From contig CACBFQ010000002.1 in the NCBI GenBank assembly GCA_902538565.1, positions 221,908 to 285,907 on the forward strand: a DNA stretch of 64,000 nt, given 5' to 3'. This DNA is from an uncultured Fidelibacterota bacterium. GTDB lineage: Bacteria > Fidelibacterota > Marinisomatia > Marinisomatales > Marinisomataceae. The notes beneath the pieces were generated by a model. It did not search any database, had not been told where the DNA came from, and saw only the letters and a list, made by a program, of their open reading frames with translations. Both the position numbers and the translations under genes were made by a program. This document shows positions 39,342 through 49,739 of the stretch, one piece after another. Positions within the stretch are counted from its first letter, which is position 1. Each line of letters starts with the position of its first letter.

Positions 39342-40256
39342 ATGAAGTTAATAAATAATTTAATAATTCAAATCATTCCTTTTTTACCAAAGTTTTTTGT
39401 AAAAATTGTAGCCTCTCCTTATATAGCTGGAATTACTGATGAAGAAATGCTAAAAAACGTTCAAAAGCTAAATAACAAAGGATTTAAAGTTGCGATAGAT
39501 ATTTTAGGAGAACATGTTGAAACGGAGAAAGAGGCAGATGAAATCACCCAAAGATATATATCAATTTATGATGAAATATCTAAAAGAAACCTATCTGCAA
39601 ATATTTCCATAAAACTAACTCACATTGGACAAGATTTAGGACTAGATATTGTTAAGAATAATCTTACTCAACTTGTACAAGCAGCTAAAAAGAATAATAA
39701 TTTTCTTAGACTAGATATGGAAAATATCCCTTATACATCAGAAACAATTCAACTATATAAGGAAATTTTTGAGCATTATGATCAAATAGGTATTGTGATT
39801 CAGGCCTATCTTCACAGATCTTTAGATGATATTAAATCACTTAGTGATAAAAAATTTAATGTTCGAATATGTAAAGGCATTTATGTTGAAGACCCTAAAT
39901 TGGTATTAAAGGACTTTAATGATATTAGAGAAAATTACATAAGACTTGTAAAAGAGGCTTTAAATAAAGGCTCGTATGTTGGTATTGCTACTCATGATGA
40001 GTTTTTAATTGATAATATTTATTCATGGATAATTGAAAATAATATTTCTAAAGATCAGTATGAATTTCAGGTACTACATGGTGTTCCAATGCAAAAAAAG
40101 TTAGAAATGTTGATGAATGATGGAAACACAGTTAGAGTATATCTTCCATATGGGGACAATTGGTACGATTATTCGGTTAGGAGATTAAAAGAGAATCCTA
40201 AAATGGCAGGATACATAATTAAAAATTTATTCTTATCAATTTTTAGAATTAAGTGA
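39342..40256 (+). CDS. Monofunctional proline dehydrogenase
   Basis: YIAG, DILGE, SIKLTHIG, RLDME, VIQAYLHRS, RICKGIY, IATHD, EFQVLHG, VYLPYG..WYDYSVRRLKENP. Confidence 0.93.
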   Translation: MKLINNLIIQIIPFLPKFFVKIVASPYIAGITDEEMLKNVQKLNNKGFKVAIDILGEHVETEKEADEITQRYISIYDEISKRNLSANISIKLTHIGQDLGLDIVKNNLTQLVQAAKKNNNFLRLDMENIPYTSETIQLYKEIFEHYDQIGIVIQAYLHRSLDDIKSLSDKKFNVRICKGIYVEDPKLVLKDFNDIRENYIRLVKEALNKGSYVGIATHDEFLIDNIYSWIIENNISKDQYEFQVLHGVPMQKKLEMLMNDGNTVRVYLPYGDNWYDYSVRRLKENPKMAGYIIKNLFLSIFRIK

Positions 40257-40718
40257 TTGCCTGAACCTGTAAATAAAAAGAAGTATAAGACCAGCAAGAT
40301 TTGGAAACCAAACTTCCGGATTTGACCATGGTATACCATCAAAAGAAAAGTCAGATACAGGCCAAATAATTTTTGTGGGAAAATATTCTTTTGAGTGAAA
40401 TGGAAAATCTAAAATTATATGAAAGGGCCATGCAAGCATTGGAAATGCTAATGGTCTTTTATAATAGTAGACAAAACCAATAACAACAAAAGCAGGAACG
40501 AAACTGTGAAATAAATCATAGTTGAAAAATAACCATCCAGGGATTGAATCTAAGCTTGGAGGCCCATTATAATTATAATCGCCCTGAAATAGTCGTACAA
40601 TAATTAATAATCCAAATGAAAATAAATCTGGCATTGCACCAAAAAAAATAGCCAATTTTGAATAGCCTGAATAACCAAACAGGCCTTTACCCCATAAAGC
40701 ATGACTTAAAGTATCCAT
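40236..40718 (-). CDS. Membrane metal-dependent hydrolase-like protein (YdjM/DUF457-like)
   Basis: SHALW, AMPDL, HSF, HIILD, WP motifs in a 4-TM protein. Confidence 0.6.
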   Translation of the reverse strand: MDTLSHALWGKGLFGYSGYSKLAIFFGAMPDLFSFGLLIIVRLFQGDYNYNGPPSLDSIPGWLFFNYDLFHSFVPAFVVIGFVYYYKRPLAFPMLAWPFHIILDFPFHSKEYFPTKIIWPVSDFSFDGIPWSNPEVWFPNLAGLILLFIYRFRQSLNSKN

Positions 40719-42062
40719 TTATTTTGCTAGGGCACCCATAGGGTCCCAAGGCTTTAATGGAACAGCCTCAGCATTTTGAAAAATATCATTTAATTCATCA
40801 GATAAATAATCTTTATGAACAACTACTTCATAATTATACTCGTCAAACCAATCATCAGACATAATATGGTATCCTTTATTACCTCCTTTATCTCCCCAGC
40901 TATTTTCAACTCTCCATTGTATTGATTTTCCATTATCATCTAAGTCAACACCAGTAAATAGCATAGCATGGGTCATTTGGCTCTGACCATATTCTAATCT
41001 TTCTGCTTTATTCATTTTAAAGTCAGTATTATAAAACATTTTGTAGTCAAATAAATCAGTGTCCATAACGCCTAAATCTCTATGAAAATGTTTACCAACA
41101 TCACAACCAAACCACACAGGATGATCATCTTTAATTGATTTTATGCTCGCGTCTTTCATTACGTCACTTTCAACATTTAAATATCTAATAGGACTTCCTT
41201 CAATGACATTTCCTAAATGTTCTACAGTATAAACTTTATTATACTCTTTATTACTCATTGGGCAATTAATTAAACAGACATAATCATCGATATTTAATCC
41301 AACATGATCTTCATAAAAAGATTGAGGAGTTAAATTTTCGTATCTACTAAATTTTTTGTCTTTATCTCTTACTTGCCAATTAAAACTTTTTGGAGGAGTG
41401 CCTAAATGCATCGATAGCATTTTAAAAATTTCTTCAATCATAGAATTTTTTAGCTTGTTTAATTCTTCATTTGATGCACCTTTTGAAAACTCTTTGCGAA
41501 GATCATGAGCATTTTCTCTTAGCTTTCTTGCAAGCATTTTATTCATTTCAGCTGATTGACTTGAAGAAAAAGATTCGGACATTTCTGCCTGTGGAATAAC
41601 ACCATATTTCTTAATTAGGTTTTTCCACATATCCCATTGTCCTCCATCTTCTGTTGGAGTTTGTAGTAAATGCATAACGATTCTACTATCAAAATTCTCT
41701 TCAACAGTTGATAAAATTGATTCTAAGAAATAATTAGATTTTTCTAGCTTATCCCAAAACATAAAATAGCTTTGTGAGAACTGAAAATCTTTAAGGTTAT
41801 GTTTTCTACCAAGGTAAACCCTAAAAAGATTGAGACCTGCAAATCCCCAGCATCTACCGCTTGATTTTTGATTGGTGGCTGGCATTTCTCCTGAAATAAC
41901 ATGGGAAAATGAATGATCTATTTTACGATATTTTTCCCAATCCATTGAAAGTTCATTAGAGTTTGTTTTGATCATTGCATTTCTAACAACCTTTACATGA
42001 TTATCAGATGAATATTTTTCTCTTAATTGTTGAATTTGATTTTGTGATATTTTTTTTGACAT
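40719..42062 (-). CDS. pepC: Aminopeptidase C / bleomycin hydrolase (peptidase C1B)
   Basis: QKSSGRCW (Gln/Cys), FWDKLEK, DGGQWDM, THAM (His), VENSWG (Asn), WDPMGALA C-terminus. Confidence 0.96.
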   Translation of the reverse strand: MSKKISQNQIQQLREKYSSDNHVKVVRNAMIKTNSNELSMDWEKYRKIDHSFSHVISGEMPATNQKSSGRCWGFAGLNLFRVYLGRKHNLKDFQFSQSYFMFWDKLEKSNYFLESILSTVEENFDSRIVMHLLQTPTEDGGQWDMWKNLIKKYGVIPQAEMSESFSSSQSAEMNKMLARKLRENAHDLRKEFSKGASNEELNKLKNSMIEEIFKMLSMHLGTPPKSFNWQVRDKDKKFSRYENLTPQSFYEDHVGLNIDDYVCLINCPMSNKEYNKVYTVEHLGNVIEGSPIRYLNVESDVMKDASIKSIKDDHPVWFGCDVGKHFHRDLGVMDTDLFDYKMFYNTDFKMNKAERLEYGQSQMTHAMLFTGVDLDDNGKSIQWRVENSWGDKGGNKGYHIMSDDWFDEYNYEVVVHKDYLSDELNDIFQNAEAVPLKPWDPMGALAK

Positions 42063-42075
42063 GTGAATTCCTTCT

Positions 42076-42939
42076 TTATGAACCTCGTTTACCCCAAATC
42101 ATTTTATTTTTAAGGGTTTCGTAATAATTATAATCTTTAAAAGTAATAAATTTTAAATGATGGTTAGCTTTAGATAATTTTACTGTTGAAGTTTTAGTGA
42201 AATTAATAATATTCTGTCCATCAATAATTAGCTTCAAATCATTTTCAGACTCTTTGCTAAACCTAAATTCCACTTCCACGTCAGATGGTAAAACTAAAGG
42301 TCTTGATGTTAATGAATGGGGAGCGATAGGTGTTATAACTATTGAAAAAACGTCGGGCTGAACAATTGGACCACCTGATGATAATGAATAGGCAGTTGAT
42401 CCTGTTGGCGTACTAATGATTATACCGTCCGACTTATAATCACTTACATGCTGATTATCTATAAATAATGATAATGAAGTAACTCTGAATGAAGTTTCAT
42501 TCTGAACAACAAAATCATTAACAGCATAATATGAATCTTCATTACCAGAAATTTTTGCGGATAAGACTAATCTATCCTGAATCTTAAACTCATTCTTTTT
42601 AACAGATTCAAGCTTATCTACAAGTACCTCAGGAGTAATTTGGGCTAAAAATCCTAATCCCCCTAAATGAACACCTAAAACTGGTACAGATGTGTCTGAG
42701 AAAATTCTAACTCCGGAAATGAGTGTACCATCTCCTCCAAAACAAAGAAGAAAATCAACTTCGGGAGGATTTTGTGAAGAAAAGTATGAGACCTCTGAAT
42801 CAACATCTATACTTTTTAATCGGTCGGCTAAATAAACTTCAAGATTGTTGTCATTTGCCCACTTTATAGTACTTTGGACTAATGCTGGAACTTGTTTTTT
42901 TTCAGCATTAGCCCATATTGCAAAACTTTTGACTTGCAT
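42076..42939 (-). CDS. nadK: NAD kinase
   Basis: GGDGT, GGLGFL, AVND, DGIIISTPTGSTAYSLSSGGP, PHSLTSRP. Confidence 0.96.
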   Translation of the reverse strand: MQVKSFAIWANAEKKQVPALVQSTIKWANDNNLEVYLADRLKSIDVDSEVSYFSSQNPPEVDFLLCFGGDGTLISGVRIFSDTSVPVLGVHLGGLGFLAQITPEVLVDKLESVKKNEFKIQDRLVLSAKISGNEDSYYAVNDFVVQNETSFRVTSLSLFIDNQHVSDYKSDGIIISTPTGSTAYSLSSGGPIVQPDVFSIVITPIAPHSLTSRPLVLPSDVEVEFRFSKESENDLKLIIDGQNIINFTKTSTVKLSKANHHLKFITFKDYNYYETLKNKMIWGKRGS

Positions 42940-42944
42940 TTTAC

Positions 42945-43040
42945 TTATCTATTTTTTTTCTTATGTCTATCTGCTCTTAAACGCTTTTTACGTTTATGAG
43001 TGTTCATTTTTCTTTTTTTTCTTTTTTTACCGCAAGGCAT
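42945..43040 (-). CDS. Small ribosomal protein bS22 (mS38/AURKAIP1-COX24-like), 31 aa
   Basis: Hand translation MPCGKKRKKRKMNTHKRKKRLRADRHKKKNR*. Follows the MP.GKKRK..K..THKRKKR.R..RHKKK pattern of Bacteroidota bS22; GGAG SD 6 nt upstream. Not in the ORF track. Confidence 0.85.
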   Translation of the reverse strand: MPCGKKRKKRKMNTHKRKKRLRADRHKKKNR

Positions 43041-43049
43041 TTATTACTC

Positions 43050-43340
43050 CTAATATTCGATTAATTTTTCATTTACTGTTTTTTTCATCAATTTTGATGG
43101 TTTAAAAACAGGTACATATCTTTCAGGTAGAAATATTGGATCACCAGTTTTTGGATTTCGTGCTTTTTTTGGTAATCTATGTTTTGCACTAAATGTTCCA
43201 AATCCTCTTAATTCTATTTTTTCATTATTGCTCAATGCTTTAATTATTTCGCTAAATGACTCATTTAGAACAGCTTCAACCTCAACCTTTGTTAGGCCAG
43301 TGGCATTAGCAACATTATCTACTATATCTTGTTTTATCAT
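43050..43340 (-). CDS. HU/IHF-family DNA-binding protein
   Basis: IELRGFGTF, KARNPKTG, VPVFKPSK. Confidence 0.95.
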   Translation of the reverse strand: MIKQDIVDNVANATGLTKVEVEAVLNESFSEIIKALSNNEKIELRGFGTFSAKHRLPKKARNPKTGDPIFLPERYVPVFKPSKLMKKTVNEKLIEY

Positions 43341-43347
43341 TCTCTAA

Positions 43348-45093
43348 TTACTTAAAATAAATTGTTAGTTTTTGACCTGGATAAATTGTAGAAGATTTCA
43401 TACTATTCCAACTCTTTATTTTTGAAACAGTCGTATCATTATTTTTAGCAATCGTACTCAAATTATCCCCGACTTTAACAATATAAACATTTTTCTTTGG
43501 AGTATCCTTAACTGGTTGACCTTTAACAAATAATGTTAATTTTTGCCCGGGATAAATATTTGAACTAGATCCCATGTTATTCCACTTTCTAATCTCACTA
43601 GCTCTTGTATTGTAGTCTTCTGCAATATGTCCGAGAGTATCACCCTTCTTAACAGTATAAATTTTCTTTTCAGGGTAGTTTGAATACAGGCCACCTTTAA
43701 CTGGAATTTTAAGTCTCTGTCCTACAGATAGTTTATTAATATTTGAAATATTATTTATTGTCTGCAGGTCTGCAACTAATACTCTATATTTTGAGGCTAC
43801 TGAAATAAGGTTCTCCCCTTTTTGAACTCTATGTTCTACTTTTTGAACTGCAAACTTTTCATCATCTGGTATCGCATTAAATTGTTTATAAAAAGATTCT
43901 TTTTTACCAAATGGAATATTTAAAGAATAAGAACCATTATTTGGAGTAGCTGGCTGTCTCAGCTCAGGATTCAGTTTTTTAATTGTACTAACTTTTGTAC
44001 CTGCTGCTTTTGCTATTACATTTAGATCAGAACTCTTTTCAATTTTGACTTCATCATACTTTAAAGGGTTATTTTTAGGAATTTTAAAACCATATTTTTC
44101 AGGATTTTGTAAAATTATGGCTGATGAAAGATAGTATGGGATATAATTCTTTGTATCTTTCGGTAAGGAGTATAATTGCCAATAATCTGAAGTTTCATGA
44201 AGTTTTAAAGCTCTATTTACTCTTCCAGGACCAGTATTATATGCTGCAAGAACTAAATACCAATCTTCAAACTCTTCATATAAATCTCTAAAATATTTAG
44301 CTGCAGCATGAGTTGATTTTATTGGGTCTTGTCTTTCATCAATATACCAATTTCTATTTAATCCATATTGCTTTCCTGTTGAGTACATGAATTGCCATAA
44401 ACCAACCGCTTTAGCCCTGGAAATAGCTTTAGGATCAAAGCCAGATTCAATCATTGAAACAACAATTAACTCTTCAGGTAAATCATACTGTTCTAAGATT
44501 GGTAACATTAAATCTTTGTACTGGACATATCTTCTGAGCCATATGTTAAATCCTTTTCGGCCTTTACCTTGAAAATACCTTATATAACTTTCAACTTGTG
44601 AATTTGTAACTAATGGTATATGTCCTTCTCTATCATCAATAATAGTAAATTTTGTCATACCCATTTCAATTGATTCATTTTCAGATGTCAATTCAGCTAT
44701 ATCTTTTCTTATTAAATCAGCTGTTAATATCTGAGTAGAACTATCAATGGTATTTAATCTGGTTGTATAAATTTTAACAAAATCATCTTGAAATTTTTCA
44801 AATTCAATTTTATCTAATTCTTCTCTAACACCTATTTGTTCAACATCAGATAATAGATCAAAAACCTTTTTAATATTATACACAACTTCAACAGTATCTG
44901 AATTGACATCAGCAATAATTGCATCTGATAAAAATTGCTTTGCTTCGTCCAAAATTGAAGTAATTCTATTTGATGTTCCTAAAAAAGAAATATCATCGGT
45001 ATTCATGAATGGTTTTCTAGGTTTTTCTGAAAGATTTTGTCCAAAAATTATTGAGGACATAATTATGGCAAATATTATTCTATTGTTTATCAT
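43348..45093 (-). CDS. mltD: Lytic transglycosylase with LysM repeats (MltD-like)
   Basis: SLT motifs IESGF, AVGLWQFM, AAYNTG; three C-terminal LysM repeats (HRVQKGENL, YTVKKGDTL, YIVKVGDNL). Confidence 0.9.
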   Translation of the reverse strand: MINNRIIFAIIMSSIIFGQNLSEKPRKPFMNTDDISFLGTSNRITSILDEAKQFLSDAIIADVNSDTVEVVYNIKKVFDLLSDVEQIGVREELDKIEFEKFQDDFVKIYTTRLNTIDSSTQILTADLIRKDIAELTSENESIEMGMTKFTIIDDREGHIPLVTNSQVESYIRYFQGKGRKGFNIWLRRYVQYKDLMLPILEQYDLPEELIVVSMIESGFDPKAISRAKAVGLWQFMYSTGKQYGLNRNWYIDERQDPIKSTHAAAKYFRDLYEEFEDWYLVLAAYNTGPGRVNRALKLHETSDYWQLYSLPKDTKNYIPYYLSSAIILQNPEKYGFKIPKNNPLKYDEVKIEKSSDLNVIAKAAGTKVSTIKKLNPELRQPATPNNGSYSLNIPFGKKESFYKQFNAIPDDEKFAVQKVEHRVQKGENLISVASKYRVLVADLQTINNISNINKLSVGQRLKIPVKGGLYSNYPEKKIYTVKKGDTLGHIAEDYNTRASEIRKWNNMGSSSNIYPGQKLTLFVKGQPVKDTPKKNVYIVKVGDNLSTIAKNNDTTVSKIKSWNSMKSSTIYPGQKLTIYFK

Positions 45094-45132
45094 AAAGTTG
45101 TGAAATTATCTGAATTAGTTTGGATAAGCAAG

Positions 45133-45606
45133 CTAGCGTTTTTTTATTTTATTAATATAATTTGTACTACTATAGCCACCATAAAAACTTAGGGTTTTTA
45201 CTTGACCTCCATTTTGCATTACTGTCTGGTAGCCAACAATATCTTCAATATTATAATCTCCTCCTTTGACAAGAATATCAGGTACTATGTCTTTTATTAA
45301 ATTTTCTGGAGTTTGTTCCTCAAACATTATAACTGAATCAACTGACTCTATTGCTGATAATAAAGTTGCTCTATCTTCAAAAGAATTTATGGGTCTATCT
45401 TCGCCCTTTAATTCTTTAACTGAACTATCTGAATTAAGACCAATAATTAAAAAATCTCCAAGTTTTTTTGCTTGAGCTAAATATCTTACGTGACCAACAT
45501 GCAATAGATCAAAGCAACCATTTGTGAAGACTATCTTCTTTCTTTCAGCCTTAATTCTATTAATAATTTCAATATTGTCTTCAAGTAGAAATCGCATTTT
45601 AATCAA
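45133..45606 (-). CDS. rfaE2: ADP-heptose synthase nucleotidyltransferase domain (RfaE2/HldE C-terminal)
   Basis: FTNGCFDLLHVGH, GLNSDSSV..LKG..RP, PDILVKGGDY, YSST. True start may be ATG 45597. Confidence 0.9.
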   Translation of the reverse strand: MIKMRFLLEDNIEIINRIKAERKKIVFTNGCFDLLHVGHVRYLAQAKKLGDFLIIGLNSDSSVKELKGEDRPINSFEDRATLLSAIESVDSVIMFEEQTPENLIKDIVPDILVKGGDYNIEDIVGYQTVMQNGGQVKTLSFYGGYSSTNYINKIKKR

Positions 45607-46297
45607 TCTTCATATTTTTAATGTTTGTTTTAATTTTTTCAGTCAAATAATCTCTATCATCAAAAGAATAATTTTCAGTAGTAATTGGTTCTCCAAGCTC
45701 AAAACTTATGACACTTTGCGATATATCAAATAATTTTTTTTTGGACCAACTGTAGGTTCCTGATATTGCAACAGGTACTACAGGAATATCTGTATTTATA
45801 GCAAAAATAGCTGCACCCTTCTTAAATGGTAAAAGATTCCCATCACTAGTTCTAGTTCCTTCTGGAAAAATAGCAACAGATCTTGGTATTTTTTTTATAT
45901 CTTCCATCAAATTATTCATCGATTTCACAGCGCTATCATTATTTTTTCTATCAACAAAAATGAAGCCTGCTCTATCTAAAATTGATTTAAAAATAGGTAT
46001 TTTGCTAAGTTCACTCTTTGCAATAAATACCGTATATCTGTTTACAGCAATTAATAAAAGAGGGATATCAATTAGGGAAGCGTGATTTGATGCAAAAACA
46101 TAATTCCTATTTTGAAGATTATGCTTTCCTTTTACTACTAATTTAATGTTAAAAATAAATGATAAAGTTTTTCCCCAAATTACTCCAAAAAACTTAAAAT
46201 TTTCTTTATTACCTGTTAATAAAATTGTGAAGAAAGAACTAAGACCAAATAATAATGTCCAAAAAATAAGATTTAAATAAATCCATATAATTCGCAA
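45599..46297 (-). CDS. plsC: 1-acyl-sn-glycerol-3-phosphate acyltransferase
   Basis: NHASLID (HX4D), FIAKSEL, FVDR, FPEGTR. Confidence 0.92.
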   Translation of the reverse strand: MRIIWIYLNLIFWTLLFGLSSFFTILLTGNKENFKFFGVIWGKTLSFIFNIKLVVKGKHNLQNRNYVFASNHASLIDIPLLLIAVNRYTVFIAKSELSKIPIFKSILDRAGFIFVDRKNNDSAVKSMNNLMEDIKKIPRSVAIFPEGTRTSDGNLLPFKKGAAIFAINTDIPVVPVAISGTYSWSKKKLFDISQSVISFELGEPITTENYSFDDRDYLTEKIKTNIKNMKID

Positions 46298-47563
46298 TTA
46301 TTTTATCTCCGAAATTTTCATGTAAGGCTGGAGACTTTTTGGAATACGAATACTTCCATCTTCTCTTTGGTGCGTTTCAATAAAAGCAGCAAAAATTCTT
46401 GGTGTTGCTAATCCTGATCCATTTAAAGTGTGTATAAAATCAGTATTACCATCAGAATTTTTAAACCTAATATTTCCTCTCCTTGCTTGAAAATCTTCAA
46501 AATTGCTGCATGATGACACCTCCAGCCATTTTTCTTCTCCAGGAGCCCATACTTCAAGATCAAAACACTTTGCAGCAGCAAAGCTCAAATCGCCAGTGCA
46601 TAATTCAATTAATCTGTAATCAAGCTCCAACAAATCAAGAATATTTGTTGCTTGCTTTACCAAAGTATCAAGTTCATCATAAGATTTTTCTGGTTCTACA
46701 AACTTTACTAATTCAACTTTATTAAACTGATGGACTCTTAGAAGACCTCTGGTATCTTTTCCATAAGATCCAGCTTCTCTTCTAAAGCATGCAGAGTATC
46801 CAAGGTAATATTTAGGCAAATTATCAAGAGATAAAATATCATCTTTATGAATATTTGTTAGTGAAACTTCTGCAGTTGGAATCAAAAAAAGATCATCTTT
46901 TTCAATATGATACATATCCTCTGAAAATTTTGGAAGTTGACCAGTAGTTAAAGCTGAATCTGGTTTTACTAAGAAAGGAGTAAAAAACTCCGTATAGTTA
47001 AAGTTTTTAAGATGATAATCAATCATGAAATTAATTAATGCTCTTTCCAGCAATGCCCCTTTGCCTTTATAAAGAGGAAATCCACTACCAGACATTTTGG
47101 CAGCTACTTCAAAATCAAGTATATCTAACTGCTTGCAAATTTCTATATGATTTTTAACATCAAAGTTAAGTTCTTTATTAGTCTTTTTTTCAACAACAAC
47201 CACATTATCTTTTTCTGAAGAACCTTGAGGACATGATGAATGAGGTAAATTAGGTATTTCTAATAATGCATCTTTTAAGGATGATGACAACTCTTTTTGT
47301 TCTTTTTCAAGCTCTTTAATTTTGTCAGAAAGAATTTTTAAATCAGTAAAAATATCTTCAGCAGATTCTCCTTTAGATTTCAATATTCCGACTTCTTTAG
47401 ATTTGATATTTTGATCTGCTTGCAATTCATTAAGTTTTGTGGTTAGTGTTTTTAGACTATCGTCTAACTTTAAAATATTATCAAGGGAAATATTCTTATC
47501 TTTTTTTGCTAAAGACTGTAAAATTTTATCTGAATTGTTTCTTATTTTTTTTATGTCCAGCAT
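46298..47563 (-). CDS. serS: Serine--tRNA ligase
   Basis: MLDIK, IPNLPH, LIPTAEV, FRREAGSYGKDTRGLLRVHQF.KVE, EVSSCS, TLNGSGLA. Confidence 0.98.
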   Translation of the reverse strand: MLDIKKIRNNSDKILQSLAKKDKNISLDNILKLDDSLKTLTTKLNELQADQNIKSKEVGILKSKGESAEDIFTDLKILSDKIKELEKEQKELSSSLKDALLEIPNLPHSSCPQGSSEKDNVVVVEKKTNKELNFDVKNHIEICKQLDILDFEVAAKMSGSGFPLYKGKGALLERALINFMIDYHLKNFNYTEFFTPFLVKPDSALTTGQLPKFSEDMYHIEKDDLFLIPTAEVSLTNIHKDDILSLDNLPKYYLGYSACFRREAGSYGKDTRGLLRVHQFNKVELVKFVEPEKSYDELDTLVKQATNILDLLELDYRLIELCTGDLSFAAAKCFDLEVWAPGEEKWLEVSSCSNFEDFQARRGNIRFKNSDGNTDFIHTLNGSGLATPRIFAAFIETHQREDGSIRIPKSLQPYMKISEIK

Positions 47564-47571
47564 GAGACAAT

Positions 47572-48765
47572 TTACTCATATATATTTACATTTATAGTAT
47601 CAATTAATTTCTTATTGTTCTGAATATTAAAAACATAACTACCCAATGTATCAGGTTCAAACTGACTGAAATAATATCCAGAAATAGGATTATATAATAG
47701 CTTAATTGTACTTATTACTTCATCATTCATTAAAACTTCAGCTTGAAGATTTTTTACTTTTGAATCTACCACATTTGAGTAACCATAAATAAATATAGGC
47801 TCGTTAAGCTTACTGTATTTATTTGCAATGTGAAATGAGTATTGAATATCAGTATCAAGTAAAATCCAATCAATTATTTCATTTAATTCTGAAATATAAT
47901 TTTTTGAAATGTTAAATATATCATTTATAGCAATGAATGATGATTTGAATGAGCCATTTTGGTTTCTAGAAAAATTATTAAAACCATTTAAATTTATATC
48001 TTCATCATATTTAATATTGAAGATAGGGAAAAAATCTTTTAAGACTTTGGCATCTTGATCTGATCGAGAATTCATAACTAAAGAACTGTTCTCAGAAATG
48101 ATTTTTTTTAAAAATAATTTAAGCCATTTATCTGAAACTGGTTTTGAGGGAAAATTATCAAGCAAAATAATATCATAATTTGTAAACCAAAAATCTGTGA
48201 TATCAAGATTTCCATCTATTGGGCTTGGATAAAAATGGTCATAGTCAGCATTTAAATTATTTATAATGTGAGGAGTATTAAAATTTAATTTACCAGATAA
48301 GATAGCAATTTTAGGTTTTTCAATCTTTAAACTACTTTTGAAAATATGTTTGTTGTTTGAGATATTTGTTTCGCCATTTAAAGCTGAAATGCCAATTTCA
48401 AAATTTTTTTCGTAATCAACTTCTCCACCAATCATAAATGATTGAAAATAATTTTTTTCATTTGATAATACTGTAATTGGATTGGAAGCAACTAATCTTT
48501 TATCATTTAAAAGCGCTATTTGAACCTCTCCATCTCCTCCATTGATACTTAAAATTTCAACATCAATATAAATTGAGTTTTTATCAAATTGATTCGGGTA
48601 AATAAGAATATTTTTAATAGATAAGTCTAAAGGTTCATCAATTATTGATTCATTGACGTTTATAGATAAGTTATTTTCTATAATGGTACTTTCTTTATCC
48701 TTTGAACAAGATACTAAAGTGATAAAAAAAATTAAGCTTGCTATGAAGAAATTATAATATTTCAT
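47572..48765 (-). CDS. Hypothetical lipoprotein
   Basis: Signal peptide with lipobox LVSC; Ig-like beta region; YDIILLDNFP segment reminiscent of GATase-like domains; no confident family. Confidence 0.5.
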   Translation of the reverse strand: MKYYNFFIASLIFFITLVSCSKDKESTIIENNLSINVNESIIDEPLDLSIKNILIYPNQFDKNSIYIDVEILSINGGDGEVQIALLNDKRLVASNPITVLSNEKNYFQSFMIGGEVDYEKNFEIGISALNGETNISNNKHIFKSSLKIEKPKIAILSGKLNFNTPHIINNLNADYDHFYPSPIDGNLDITDFWFTNYDIILLDNFPSKPVSDKWLKLFLKKIISENSSLVMNSRSDQDAKVLKDFFPIFNIKYDEDINLNGFNNFSRNQNGSFKSSFIAINDIFNISKNYISELNEIIDWILLDTDIQYSFHIANKYSKLNEPIFIYGYSNVVDSKVKNLQAEVLMNDEVISTIKLLYNPISGYYFSQFEPDTLGSYVFNIQNNKKLIDTINVNIYE

Positions 48766-49739
48766 TAAACAATCATTCCTCGTGAGTAAGCACTAAAATC
48801 TTTATCAAAATCTATTTTATTATTATTGACTTTATGTAATGCTAAAAATGCAATCATATCTGCATTGTCAGTACAATACTTCATTGATGGATAAATAATC
48901 TTCTGATCTAATTTATCTAATTTATCTCTCAATCTCTTATTTGCAGCAACACCTCCACAAATAATTCCAGAGTTTGCAGAGTATTGGTTCATTGCTTTTT
49001 CAAACTTACTAATTAAAGTATCTACAATAGCTTCTTGATAACTTGCAGCTATATCTTCATAACTATATTTATTTTCATTTACACAATTAATTAATGCAGT
49101 TTTTAACCCACTGAAACTAAAATTAAATGTATTATCATTAATCATTGGCCTTGGAAAATTAATTAGATTCATATTACCATTTTTGGCAAGTTTTTCAATT
49201 TCTGGTCCACCTGGATAATTTAAATTCATTTTTTTTGCACCTTTATCAAAGGCTTCACCACATGCATCATCTAAAGTCTCACCAAGAAGTTCATATTCAA
49301 ACATATTTTTTACTAACCATAGTTGAGTATGACCTCCTGAAACTAAAAGATTAATAAATGGTGCTTCAAGTTCAGCATGTTCAATAAAAACAGAATTTAA
49401 GTGAGCTTCTAAATGATTAATTGGAATAATTGGAATATTTAATGCTTGAGAAATTCCTTTCGCAAAACTAATTCCTGATAAAAGTGATCCCATTAAACCA
49501 GGACCATTTGTTACGGCAATTGCATCTATATCTTTGAAAGATTTATTTGCATCTTCCAGAACTTTTTTTGTAATACTTGGTAAATATTTTTCATGCTCTC
49601 TTGAAGCAATTTCAGGAACAACCCCTCCGTATTGCTGGTGAATAGACTGAGTTTTTGTGAAACTAGATAAAATTTTGAAATCACTGCAAAGAGCAACTCC
49701 AGTTTCATCACATGATGTTTCTATGCCAAGGATAATCAA
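48765..49739 (-). CDS. tsaD: tRNA N6-adenosine threonylcarbamoyltransferase TsaD
   Basis: LGIETSCDET, YGGVVPEIASREH, GPGL, HLEAH, LVSGGHT, DDACGEAFDK, FSFSGLK, CTDNA. Confidence 0.98.
   Translation of the reverse strand: MIILGIETSCDETGVALCSDFKILSSFTKTQSIHQQYGGVVPEIASREHEKYLPSITKKVLEDANKSFKDIDAIAVTNGPGLMGSLLSGISFAKGISQALNIPIIPINHLEAHLNSVFIEHAELEAPFINLLVSGGHTQLWLVKNMFEYELLGETLDDACGEAFDKGAKKMNLNYPGGPEIEKLAKNGNMNLINFPRPMINDNTFNFSFSGLKTALINCVNENKYSYEDIAASYQEAIVDTLISKFEKAMNQYSANSGIICGGVAANKRLRDKLDKLDQKIIYPSMKYCTDNADMIAFLALHKVNNNKIDFDKDFSAYSRGMIV

Noticed and set aside
42845-43105. 86-aa plus-strand Phe-rich ORF and the poly-T runs near 43010-43028
   Set aside because: Explained as the antisense of the Lys/Arg codons of bS22; not a separate gene or a slippage tract.
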